A DNA stretch of 64,000 nt from Octopus vulgaris. Lineage: Eukaryota. The notes beneath the pieces were generated by a model. That model had not been told where the DNA came from, did no database searches, and saw only the letters and a program-made list of their open reading frames with translations. The translations under genes and the position numbers were made by a program. The stretch spans positions 54,498,001-54,562,000 of the forward strand of contig OX597822.1 of assembly GCA_951406725.2 (NCBI GenBank), in the 5' to 3' direction. Each line of letters opens with the position of its first letter. Position 1 is the first letter of the stretch. Of this stretch, positions 27,091-40,091 are shown in pieces.

Positions 27091-27153
<63 letters not shown>
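26985..27153. repeat. (AAAT)n/(AAT)n microsatellite upstream of a Dong insertion
   Basis: Direct tandem repeat. Confidence 0.95.
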
Positions 27154-27156
<3 letters not shown>

Positions 27157-28848
27157 GACCATAATGAACTTGAAGGCCTGTGTGGAATGTGAAAGCATTC
27201 AGCGATGACATCGGGATGGAGTTTGGGCTTGAGAAGTGTGCCAAGGCCACTTTTCAGAAAGGGAAAGTGAAGACCACAAATTCAGTCGTGTTAGATGTTG
27301 ACACAGTCATAAGAGAGCTTGAGCAAGAACAAACATACAAATATTTAGGGATAAATGAAGGCTCTAGTATTCAGCATACAAGCATGAAAGAGAAGATCAG
27401 GAAGGAATGTTATAGGAGAGTTCGTGCAGTCCTGAAATCTGAACTAAATGCACGTAACAAGGTGTTAGCCATAAATTCCTTAGCAGTTCCAGTTGTTACT
27501 TATAGCTACAATGTGTTGAACTGGAATATGAGTGAAGTAAAGAATATAGATAGGAAAATACGCAAGCTGCTGAGTTGTAATAGGATGCACCACCCAAAGG
27601 CAGACGTAGATCGCCTTTACCTTCTCGGAGCCCAAGGAAGTCGAGGCCTGATCCAATTTGAACTAGCTTACAAAACAACTACAATTGGACTGGCCAAATA
27701 TCTTGAAATAACGAATGACTGGATGCTAAAGCTCGTGGGAAATCACGAGAGACGAAAGAAACTTCATTCTATCATAAAGGAAAGCAAAAAATTTGCTATT
27801 GATCTCGTGCAGGATACCAAAACTGAACAACCCGAGGGAAGTACGGCAACTATTGTTGCAAAGGTGAAAATAATGGCCATGAAAAAAGCGCACGAGCAAT
27901 TGGCTGATAGGTGGGAGGAGAAACCTCTGCACGGCAAATATGTGGCCCGTAGCAAACAAGCTGATGTTGACCAGAAGCAAACACATCAGTGGCTACGGAG
28001 CTCAGGGCTAAAAGCAGAGAGCGAAGGTTTCGCCCTGGCTGCTCAAGATCAAAGCCTATTAACCCGGAAGTACCAGGCCAGTGTGATGAAAAATGGAGCA
28101 GACCCAAAATGCCGATTTTGCAACGACATGATTGAAACAGTAGACCACCTAATCTCTGGATGTAAAGTCTTAGCACCACTGGAGTATAAATTAAGACATG
28201 ACAGAGTTGGCCAATATCTACACTGGCTAATAAGTCGGCATTACAATATCAAAACTGCCGACAAGTGGTATAATCACCACCATGAAGCTGTAACTGAAGG
28301 AGAAAATGTAACGATTCTGTGGGACTTTCCAGTACATACAGACCGAACCATCAAAGCCAATAAACCGGATATTGTTGTGAAAGACCAAAACAATAAAGTT
28401 TGCTTATTGATCGACATGAGCATCCCTTGTGATCATAATATCTCGGCGAAAGAGTTTGACAAGCTCAGAAAATATAATGACCTGCTCATTGAAATTGAGA
28501 AAATGTGGCATCTCAAGGCGGTTACAATACCAGTGATCGTAGGAGCACTAGGAATGATCAAGAAGGGAACCAAAAATTATATGAGAATAATCCCTGGCTT
28601 ACCATCCCTGCAAGAAGCGCAAAATATTGTCTTAACTGGTACATCACACGTATTGAGAAGAGCATCGTCGATGTGAGAACTATTACTACTCATGTATTTT
28701 AATTCAACTTTAATAAAAAAAAAATTAACGAACTAGTGAGTTTAGTTTAATGGCCTACCAATGTATACTATGAGTTTCTTTGTCCTAGGAGTCGGGAAGA
28801 CACTCGGCAAGAAATGAAAGCAAATTTGAAAGAAGAGGAAAAAAAAAG
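27154..28848 (+). mobile_element. Young 5'-truncated R4/Dong-clade LINE inserted in (AAT)n
   Basis: Long open frame plus ~170 bp 3' UTR; (AAT)n on both sides. Confidence 0.93.
27180..28676 (+). CDS. R4/Dong ORF C-terminal half: end of RT and thumb, CCHC zinc knuckle, restriction-like endonuclease (no true start; 5' truncated)
   Basis: FSDDIGMEFGLEKC, YKYLG, CRFCNDMIETVDHLISGC, RHD, ILWDFPVHTDRTIKANKPDIVV...LLIDMSIP...KLRKY, PVIVGALG; 498 codons without a stop. Confidence 0.9.
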   Translation: MWNVKAFSDDIGMEFGLEKCAKATFQKGKVKTTNSVVLDVDTVIRELEQEQTYKYLGINEGSSIQHTSMKEKIRKECYRRVRAVLKSELNARNKVLAINSLAVPVVTYSYNVLNWNMSEVKNIDRKIRKLLSCNRMHHPKADVDRLYLLGAQGSRGLIQFELAYKTTTIGLAKYLEITNDWMLKLVGNHERRKKLHSIIKESKKFAIDLVQDTKTEQPEGSTATIVAKVKIMAMKKAHEQLADRWEEKPLHGKYVARSKQADVDQKQTHQWLRSSGLKAESEGFALAAQDQSLLTRKYQASVMKNGADPKCRFCNDMIETVDHLISGCKVLAPLEYKLRHDRVGQYLHWLISRHYNIKTADKWYNHHHEAVTEGENVTILWDFPVHTDRTIKANKPDIVVKDQNNKVCLLIDMSIPCDHNISAKEFDKLRKYNDLLIEIEKMWHLKAVTIPVIVGALGMIKKGTKNYMRIIPGLPSLQEAQNIVLTGTSHVLRRASSM

Positions 28849-28853
28849 ATAAC

Positions 28854-28909
<56 letters not shown>

Positions 28910-28910
<1 letters not shown>

Positions 28911-29120
28911 TTCTACTGAAGGCACAAAACCTGAAATTTGTGGTAAGAGGAGACTAGTCGACTACATCGACCCCAGTGTTTCAGTGGTACTTAATTTATC
29001 GACCCCCAAAAGGATGAAAGGCAAAGTCGACCTCTTCGGAACTTGAACTCTGAACGTAAAGACGGATGTAATACTGCTAAGCATTTAGTCGAGCGTCCGA
29101 ACGATTCTGTCATCTCGCAT
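28910..29120 (-). mobile_element. SINE-A copy
   Basis: Core aggatgaaaggcaaagtcgacct; abuts (AAT)n. Confidence 0.85.
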
Positions 29121-29169
29121 TCCTATTCGCTTTACTTAGTGAACATTGTGATATGAAATGAACTAATTT

Positions 29170-29727
29170 ACTTTAATCTGTTACTTGTTTCACACACTGG
29201 ACTGCGACCATGCTGGGGCATCACTTTGAAGAGTTTAGTCGAATAAATCAACCCTAATACTTATTTTCAGGTCTGGTATTTATTCTATTGGTCACTTTTT
29301 GGTGAACCCCGAAGTTACGGAGACATAAACAAACCAACACCGGTTGTCAAGTAGTAGTGTGAGACCACCACAAAGACACACACCTGTTTTTATACTTATT
29401 TTGAATCCTGTATAGTCTGTAAGCTGACATTTCCAATTGTGGAGATCTTTTCGACATGAAACCATTGGTTGTCTTGTGAAACCACAAATAAAGTATATTT
29501 ATCCACCAATGCGTTGATGAACTCATCCTCACAGTTCAATAGTAGCGCGTGCATATGTTATGTATGTATTGGGCTTCTTTCAGTTTCCACCTACGAAGTT
29601 CACTAACAAAATTTCAGTTGATCCGGAATTATAGTAGAAGAAACTTATCCAAGGTGCAAAGTGAGACTGAACTCAAAAACATGTAGTTAGGAAGTACACT
29701 CCCTACCACTAAGCCATGCCCGTGCCT
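29170..29727 (-). mobile_element. Diverged SINE-B with ~200 bp of unrelated sequence at the microsatellite slot
   Basis: Tail half ~29170-29365 and head half ~29570-29727 match family B. Confidence 0.65.
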
Positions 29728-30189
29728 CTAAATAAAAATCTCAAACAGTGAGAAATATGTTCCTAACGAATTTGACACAAACTATATCTTCTATTACGAG
29801 TCCCATTAATTCACATTTTCCTTATACACGCATGCCATTAAAGGAAGCAACCTAGCGTTGTGAAAAGATCAAGTGACCTTTCTAAAGAATATTGCATTCA
29901 GCCAGTAGCTATTTTCGATGCTTTTGAAGATGATTTTTTCACTTCTTGTATATATCTACGTACTCCATGCTGCACACTTCTGTTATGGCTTAAGCCGTCG
30001 TTATATCTGAAACTAAGTCAACTGTTAATGCCCTTTCATATCTGTTATTTAGTTTTAGTTTCTATTTAGGTATTTCTCTCTATATATATTATTGTATATG
30101 TTTTTTTTTTCTCTCTCAAAACCTATTGTTTGTATAGTTTATGCATGGCTATGGTTGAACAAAGAGGATGAATAGAATTCAATACACGA

Positions 30190-30222
<33 letters not shown>

Positions 30223-30226
<4 letters not shown>

Positions 30227-30375
30227 CTATTATTCTAAAAACTAGCAGATAAAAGTGACTTAAGGGCTGAAAGTTTCGTGTATCAAACAGCATAAGTGAT
30301 CAGAGCCATGCACGAAACTCTCAGCTGTTCAGTTACTTTGTGTCTACTGTGATTAAGAACTAAGAAAATAGATTT
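30223..30375. mobile_element. Short diverged inverted repeat, pLTR-like
   Basis: gctgaaagtttcgtgtat / atgcacgaaactctcagc arms, extending imperfectly to aatctatt / aatagatt. Confidence 0.55.
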
Positions 30376-30567
30376 ACACACACACACACGCGCTTGCGCG
30401 CGCGCGCACGCACGCATGCACGCATGCACGCACGGACAAATGTATGTGGGGTTTAATTCATTAAACGAATAGTTACGCTAAGTGCTATAATTGCTCATCC
30501 CTTAGGTTCCAAGTTCACAGCTGAGGCTGGAGCTAAGGATCCGTATTAGGCTTCCGAGTTAGCAAGT

Positions 30568-30909
30568 ATATGTTATATAAGAGGGAAAAGGACAACAAAA
30601 CCAAGGCAGCACAGGTATCTCAAGTCATTTAGGATATTTAATTAGGGTACGGTGAATTTGAGGTCTTACAGCTGTTTCTGGGGTATCCTAAGTGATAGGC
30701 TAGCATGTCCGTACGCTGGGTATTCTGTTATCAGAGTATGTATGATGACGGAATACCCAGTGTACGGATATGTTAGCCTATCACTTGGGTTATCCCAGAA
30801 ATAGCTGTGAGACTTCAAATCCACTTTACCGTAATTAATTATTCTAAATGGCTTGAGATACCTGTCCCGCCTTGGTTTTTGTTGTTCCTTTCCCTCTAAT
30901 ATAATATAA
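30568..30909. mobile_element. Long palindrome: inverted pair of PLE pLTR-like arms (~165 bp each, 9-nt loop)
   Basis: 30581-30733 pairs with 30743-30896; read outward, each arm begins TGAT(G/A)A and contains GAAA(C/T)AGCTGT(A/G). Confidence 0.8.
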
Positions 30910-31138
30910 TATGATATAATATAATATAACATAATATATATGTGTGTGTGTGTGTGTGTTTATTCGTGTATACATTTATATATATATATATATATATGTA
31001 AATGTAAAAAAAAAAATACAAACTGGGACAAGAACGTAAAACATTTAGAAGACGATACAAAAAACACGGACGGGACATTCGAAGCCTTCAATCTTCAGTC
31101 AAGAACCGGATCATCCTCGCAATTTCGGCTGATATATA

Positions 31139-31173
<35 letters not shown>

Positions 31174-32284
31174 CTATGTGTATATATATATATATATATA
31201 TATACAAATATACACGAATAAACACACACACACATATTATATATATATATATAAACGTATCCAACATGTCTGTGACTTTAAACAATAGAGATAGAGTGTG
31301 ATTTGAAAAAGATTTAACTATTATTTCTGATAAGTAGAGAGATCACTCAGTAGTCGTTTCATTACTTCGATTGATTTACCTTGTAATTAGAAATTATAGT
31401 AAAGTGCAGGCTGCCACATTTGATATGGTGAAACAAGCGTATTTTTTAATCAATTTTAACTATAACCACAATGAGAAGGAAATCCATTAGAGTTAATGAA
31501 TATTACTATCACATATGTCAAGATAGAAAACTTCCAAAACTTCAACAAACACATTGCTGTGTGGTTAAGAAGTTTACATTACAATTTATATGGTTTCGGG
31601 TTCAGTCCCACAGTGCAGAACCTTCGGCAAATGTCCTCTACTATAAATCCAGGTCGACCAACGCCTTGTGAGTGAACTTGGCAGACGGAAACAATGTGGA
31701 CGTCTGTCGTATCATTTTATCTGTTCTCGTTGATACTTACTCTTTCTTTACTTTCCCTTTATCTTCTGTTTTGTCTCTTTCAGTTTCCTTTATCCAGCTT
31801 CTTTCTTGAATATTGCTGCTGTTGTTATTGTTGGTCTGTCACAAAATCCGTTTCTTTCATTTGCCTTTCTTGTGAATATCACCTGAGTCGTGCGTTCTTT
31901 AAATTCTGTCCTACCTTCATGTTTGTAAAGCAACGAAAGTCATATTTATATTTTCTTCCCCGCTAGCACTGTTTCGATGACTACCTTGTTTTCTGCTCTT
32001 AATCGAAACAATGAAATATATTTTGTTATTGAAATGTTACATTCATCTGTCTGAAATATTCCATCGTATTCGTATTTTGTTGTCTTCAATGTTCAAAGTG
32101 TTTCTCTTTGTAATGTTTCTCGGAACCATAATACTTACAATAACTGGTGTAGGTATGGCTTAAAGCCTTTGGACTTTAAAACACCGAAGCTATGCTGTTT
32201 CTGATGTCTATGCCCAATAAGAAGAGTTCCATTTAATTGTCCTTTTCCGCTGATCGTTTTCATGTCCCACACCGATAGTCATAG

Positions 32285-32775
<491 letters not shown>

Positions 32776-34080
32776 ATATATTGGTTCGTTTATACCCTAA
32801 CAACTCAGTAACTCGACAAATAGAGTCGATAGACTTCTCAGGTTGGTACCCCATTTTGACCCCAGTCCAATGATTATTAGAAGAAGACGAATAAAGAATA
32901 TGCAATGGTTGTGGGGAAGTGTGTCTGATGTTTGGTTGCAGTGATGACGACTCTAGAAATGTCTAAGTCTTTTAGTTCTCCACACAAAGCTTCCTGATCA
33001 CCGAAAGACTTTTACGAGTTCGTAGTTTTAGCATGGAAATAATTGACTGGTTATCTTTAATTGACTGAGTATCGTTAAGCATCGGATTAAACGGCCTAAG
33101 TATTTAATGTAAAATCAAACTGACTGACAGCGCACGATGCCGGACTACTTACAGGCCTTTGGATTAACTGATATCATTGCGCTTATTTTTATACAACTAT
33201 GTTCGTCCTTCATTTAATAAAATATCTTTTCATATTTATGTATTCCTATAGAAAGTTCTGTCTTCGTCTATTAGTTACTTGTCTTTTCAGTTTCTTTTTA
33301 AATTGAATGATTCTGTGGATCCTTTTCTTCACTGAAATTTTACATTACTAGTTTGCTTATGCTTTAATTTTCAAAGATATCACATTCTATTTTGGATTTC
33401 TTTCTCTATATAATTTCTTCTTTTTTAATGTATAAATTTTCTGAATATTTAAAATCAACAAAGACGCGTGCTGTGAATTTGATAAACTGAATTTTGTAAT
33501 TTTCTAAACACATCGACAAGCACCCCGTAACGATGAACGATTGTCATTCCTTGTACTATATTGTGTAAATTAAAATAACGCAAGAGATAAAAACGATTGA
33601 TATTGTTATAAACATGAATGGCAATGTCTTATGCTTTTAAGCAAAAATACAATGTTTTAACATAAAGAAAAAATATCTGGTATTTCTTAATACAAATGAT
33701 AAAAACAATATTTATTAGAATTTCTTTTTTGACCTCAAGGGCTTAACCGCATAATATAAAACGCGTCATATGGAAAGGTTCACAGAAACGACAGCGAATA
33801 AGGGGAAGCAAATACGTATTACAACATGGAAAGGAAGGTTAAAACTTTTTAGCAAGCAAACAGAAGCTACTAACCACACGGGATGAGAAACAACAATTTT
33901 GGGACGATCAGAACAGTCAACGGCTCCAGTAATTTTCACACTGGACACATTATATCAACTTGAGTGGCACTTTATTTTATCGACCCCTGTAAGGATGAAA
34001 GTAGAAGTTGATCTCGGCAGCATTTGCACTCAGAACCTAAATAACCGAAAGAAATACCGCATAGCATTTGTACGATGCTC

Positions 34081-34171
<91 letters not shown>

Positions 34172-35289
34172 TCTTTCTACTAAATGCATAAGGGGAAGGG
34201 ACTAGTCGATTACATCGAATACTGAGGGGACTAGTCGATTACAGAGTTTTGAGCATCCATGTTTTGGTTAAAGTTGAATAAATCACGTTGAAAATGTATA
34301 AATATAGTTTTCATTTAATAAATGTATATGAATATATTTTATTTTGTATTTAAATATATTTCGTTTGGATTTAAAGCGTATGTGTATTAATGTATTTTGT
34401 TTTGTATAATAGCTATTTCGATCGTTAGTTTTTGATTTTTAAAAAATCAAATGTTTTTATTTAAAAAAGAAAGCAGTGCCAAAATCTCTAGCGTTGAAAG
34501 TGACTGTTTTAAAGGCATCATAAAAAATGTTATGGAATGTACTGAAAACAAAAAAAATCATATCGAAGAATTTACTGTTTGTTGGAACATGATTTCATAA
34601 CTTCTTTTCCGTTGGCATATTCATTTATTTATGTTAGTATTAATGGCCGATATAAACTCACGTCTACTGAAGTTACAGGGATGAGAAAGGAACTGTGCTA
34701 ACAAGAACTACAATGACGTGAACGCAGGAGGTTTCAGCAAAAGAATTAACAATCGGAAATATGTAAAGAGAAGGAAAGAGAGGGGAAGGAGAGAGAGAGA
34801 AGGAGAGAGGGAGTGAGAGGCGGGGAGAAAAAGGTATACAAATGTTAGAATTTTTATCTTCAATGATAAAAGAATTTTAAAAACCATATTTTGATAAGGA
34901 ATGCATTGAATTTGGAAATTATAAGAGTTTTCTAGACAGGGAAGATTTTAATAATTGCTTGTTTTTTGATAAAATTTACATAATCACAACTAATTAATAA
35001 GCAACTTTTTTTTATAGTTTGGAAGATTTTGATTACGTTTCGATCTTCTTCCACGACTAAACTTACTAAAAGAGTAACATTTGAACAAATGTAATGACAA
35101 GCAGAATATTATGGGTACTTAACCGTTTTGCGTCGTAAAGCAAATCGGTTCGTCCATATACGTCATATTTGTTTTGTTTTGTTTTTTGTGGAGGGAGGGT
35201 AGGTTTTGTAACATTCTCGATGAAAGGAGTTTTCACTTTTCCTCTGATCGATTGTATTTCTGAAAAGCGAATCAGTTAAACCAGTTCTT

Positions 35290-36766
35290 TTTATGGAAAA
35301 CCAGGATGTGGGAAGTGCGTGTCAGCATATGCCGACATCACCGTGGTGGTGTCGGATCATAAACACATAGAAATATCGGCACAGCTCTCAGTGACTTCTT
35401 GGCGGTTTCAGGAGTGACGATTAACCTGTAAAAATCAGTGGGCTTGCGGCTCGGCACCTGGAGTAGCAAGTCCATGCCGTCCAACTGCGTCGTTGAGGTT
35501 GGACAAACAGATCGGTTAAATTGCTCGAGATCTAGTTCGGTCCAGACCTCCAGATGGACAAAAGCTGGGAAAAAGTGACAAGCAGGGTGACTACTCTCAC
35601 CCAGAAATGGACTGAGAGAAAGGTATCCTTGAATGGTCGGGCAGAGGTGGCTAACGCGTATTCGTTACCGTCATCTACAATCGCTTATCCGTCGTACCTT
35701 GTCCTGGCCACTGTCTGGAGCGTATACTCTTCCACTTCTTGTATAAGGTAACCGTCTTGTTGGTCAGGCGATCTATCTGCTGTCAACATCTGCTCAGTGG
35801 TGGTCTGAGTATGCAATGATTGATGATGCGCAGGCATGCGCTGAGGCTACGACATCTCCAGTGCTTCCTTGACGGTGAACAGATGTGGTCGCCGTTCACC
35901 AGACACGTTTTTCCGCTGCTAGTTTCTTTAACGGAGCTGCAGCCCTGGGTAAAACAGAGACCGAGGCGGAGTATTTGGAAAGTGAAATGTCTTCGAGTGC
36001 CCACAGCCTTTAGCCAATTGGCACTGCGATAGATGGAACGTCCACTTTAGCTTTTTATAGAGGGTTAGTGGAGGTAAAATGCGACGACGATCTTGGGGAG
36101 ACTTTGGGCGTCGAAAAAGGTCAACTAGCCGCTCTTTTCCGGAGAATTTTCGACCCAGGACCGATGGATAATTTCCAAAAATCTCTGGCCTGGCAGTGCT
36201 ACCGGGGAGCTTTGCCTGTTCGAGATAAACTTTGCAGGCACGGAAGTTTCGTCAGTTGACCATGTCTCGCCGCCTTCCTTTATATGCCTGGTGGCCTTGG
36301 CGAAAGAAGGTGTATGGTGAACGAGATTGAAGGGGCTGAAGACAAACACTTTTCTCTCTGGCCAATCCCTGACCAAGTTCTTCAAGTTTCACTCGAGAAG
36401 GAATATAAGGATAGAGAGGTAAGTGTGGTCTTCAAGACAGTTTGCTGAAGGGTGGATGAAAGTGGTGAGAATGGTGCGAGTGAATGGGCTAGCCCTGAGT
36501 ATACGCCTGAAGTTGGAAAAAAGGAAAGGTAAAATGTCAGGTTACCCATTGTTTTTTATGGGATTTTCCATGAGCAACCCTTGAAAGTCTCCTCCCTATT
36601 GTGGATCACACATTGTTGATTTTTATAAAAACATTATTAGTCTTATTTACACGCAAAACCCTCACAACACACACTCACACACATACACACACATTCTTTA
36701 TGTTTTATCCTGTTCTGTCCATAATGTTTTTTTTTCTTAATGTAAACCCTTGTGATTAATAAAGAA

Positions 36767-36768
<2 letters not shown>
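35290..36768 (+). mobile_element. Tx1/L1-clade LINE 3' fragment, degenerate
   Basis: VSAYADITVVV (YADD with one D lost), QKWTERKVSLNGRAEVAN, MRRHALRLRHL, FQKSLAWQCYRGALPVRDKL; ends aataaagaaatt + (ATT)n. Confidence 0.85.
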
Positions 36769-36842
<74 letters not shown>

Positions 36843-36875
36843 GACGAAGAGCGCGATGCGATATTAATAGATATA

Positions 36876-38501
36876 CAGTTGCGGCCAAAATGTTCAGAAC
36901 GGCATTGTTTTCGTCAGAAAAATAGATATAATTTTTTATCAAAGTTGTTTTATATTCTATAATTTTCACAGACAATAAATACAATATTATTTGTTATTGC
37001 CTGAGATTTTGGTGTAATTTCAGAGGATAATACAACAGTTATGAATGATTTAGTGATTTACTGCAAAACCCATGGCGGCCAAAATGATCAGAACGGTTGC
37101 TTTTACTCCGTGTTTTAGTATATTTAACCGGCGAACTCTAATGTTTTGAATTTGTTTACGCGACGGTTCGTTTACTAAACATTAGTAAGAATATTTGCAG
37201 TGTACTTTGTTAATATAATGCCACTTACTCCGTTACCAATTCGTCAGCAGATTGTTAAGCTTCGAAAGAAGGATAATTTAAGTATTGGATCTATTGCAAA
37301 GATTGTTAACAAGTCAAAAAGTGTTGTACACGGTATTCTTAAGGTCTACGATGATTGTGGTTCGTGTGAAGCAAGAAAGTTTACAGGTAGGCCAAGAAAA
37401 TCGACCAAGAGAGAAGATCGTGCTATGGTAAAGTTGGTTAAAAAGGACGGATTTAAAACTGCTGTTGCTGTTTCTCGGAAAATGAGCATTGTATTGAAAA
37501 AAACTTTATCTCGAAAAACTGTGTCTCGTCGTTTAGTTGAACATGACCTACAAGCAAGAGCACCTGCAGTGAAGCCACTGATCAGCTCCAAGAATAAAAA
37601 GTGTCGTCTTACCTTTGCAACCGAACATGTGTTGTGGTCTCAAGAAAAATGGCAAACAGTGCATTTCAGTGATGAATCTAAGTTTATGCTATTTGGCTCA
37701 GATGGGAAAAGGTACGTTCGTAGAAAAGTAGGTGAAAAATTGTTGCCTAAATGCCTTAAGACTAGTGTTAAATTCGGTGGAGGAAGTGTCATGGTTTGGG
37801 GAATGATATCTGGAGATGGTGTGGGCCCTTTGGTGTGATTACATGGAAAGTTAAATGCAGGAGTTTATAAACAACTTGTGAAAGATCATGTCTTGCCTGT
37901 GCTGAGAAATTCAACTAAACGACCACCCATATTCATGCAGGACAATGCCCCATGTCACAAGGCTAAGGTGGTCATGAACTTCCTCAAGGCTGAAAAGGTT
38001 ATTGTTATGGATTGGCCAGCTCAAAGCCCAGATTTCAATCCTATTGAAAATGTGTGGAATATTCTAGGAGAACGTTCGAAAGCCAGAAATCCTAAAACAA
38101 CTGAGCAATTATGGAATGCCCTTCAGGAAGAATGGAATAAGATCACCCAGCAAGAAATTGAAAATTTAATTTCCTCATGCAGTCGAAGATGTCAGAGTGT
38201 GATTGAAGCTAAAGGGCTTCACACTAAATATTAAATAATTCCAGTATTCTCTGTCATTTTTGATTATTTTGTTATTTTTTCAACCTTTCTGATCATTTTG
38301 GCCACCATGGGTTTTGCAGTAAATCACTAAATCATCCATAACCTTTGTATTATCCTCTCAAATTACACCAAAATCTCAGACAATAACAATTAATATTGTA
38401 TTTATTGTCTGTGAAAATAGAATATAAAACAACTTTGATAAAAACTTATACCTACTTTTCTGACGAAAACAATGACGTTCTGAACATTTTGGCCGCAATT
38501 G
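36876..38501 (+). mobile_element. Full-length Tc1-family DNA transposon, IR/DR type (1626 bp)
   Basis: TA TSDs (36874-36875, 38502-38503); ~220-bp TIRs (36876-37099 / 38281-38501), each with the direct repeat ggccaaaatg(t/a)tcagaa at both ends. Confidence 0.96.
37218..38234 (+). pseudogene. Tc1 transposase (DD34E) with a single in-frame TGA at 37836-37838
   Basis: GRPRK, FSDESKF, FGGGSVMVWG, FMQDNAPCH-(34 aa)-E in SPDFNPIENVW; the two listed ORFs (37200 and 37878) are in the same frame. Confidence 0.95.
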
Positions 38502-38805
38502 TATCTACTGCTATCGTATTGTCTGTTTACTTTTGTGAAGAATTACGTCAATCCTTTTAAAATATCATCATCATCACCATCATCATCATTATCATTCTAA
38601 TTATTATTACATACATTTATGTGTGAGTGTATGTGTGTGTGAAACACTTCTGTCAATTTAACATTGTGGATCTTGCACGTCCATGTTATTATTTGTTAAT
38701 ACACTAATCAAATAACGACGCAGACACACATGTACAGCGTTAGATAGGCAGAAGTATTTTACACATATATATATACACATGCACTCACACAAACGCACAG
38801 ATATG

Positions 38806-38842
<37 letters not shown>

Positions 38843-39136
38843 CTCTGTTTATCTATGTATCTATCTATCGATAGCTATATAGAGTCATAGAACATCTCTA
38901 CCAATGCTTCACGCTGTACTGGTGCTCTACTTTATCAACTCGGAAGCGATGAAAGGCAAAGGTGACCTCGGCGTGTCTTGAACATAAAACATCCAGAGTA
39001 ATACATCGAGAGAGGCAGTTTGTCCTACGCTTTAAGTCTACCTACTCGCTGAGGAATTAGTTTACGGAATGTTAATTTAAGAGTTTTGTTGTTTGTATGT
39101 GAGTGTGTGTATGCGTGTGAGATAGATAGATGGATG

Positions 39137-39265
<129 letters not shown>

Positions 39266-39279
39266 ATAGACAGACGGAC

Positions 39280-39367
<88 letters not shown>

Positions 39368-39770
39368 CGAGAAAGAGAGAGATAGAGAGAGAGAGAGAGA
39401 ATGTGTTTACGGTATGAAGTTGAACGAAAAATGAGTTGCAATATGGCGGCTCTATCAATAAGAGGGCTGCATACAGAGTTATCTCGATTGAGAAATGGCG
39501 GATAGCGGCGGGATTTCTGTGCAGTTGATAGAAGAACTTTGGCGAGCATCCAGAAGACTTTGCTGCTGTGGAACACCTTATAACAAAAAGTAAATAACCA
39601 CAACATGTAGCCGAACATCTCTTGGACGGTGTAGTCATTTCGCAGAGCTTTATCTTACACACCATACAGGATTTGGTTTATACAAATTTCAGTTTGGGCC
39701 AAACATCTCGCTTGTAAACATTCTGTAGACGATGTTTATCTTTCTGTCGGCGTTATGTTAGACAGTCAGG

Positions 39771-39807
<37 letters not shown>

Positions 39808-40047
39808 TGTTTGTGTTTGTGTGTGTGTATGTGTGTATTTCTGTGGGTGTGGGTGTGCGTGTGTGTGTCTCTGTGGGAACGTGTGCCTGCGTGCATGCAT
39901 GTATGCGTGTGTGCATGGGGTTGTGTGTGTATGTGTGTATGTGTACGTGTACGTGTGCTTGTGTGAGCGTGTATGGGCGTGTGTGATAGTGAAATACAGA
40001 AAAAGAAGAGATTGAAAGAGAGAGAGAGAGAGAAAGATAGAGCGAGC

Positions 40048-40091
<44 letters not shown>

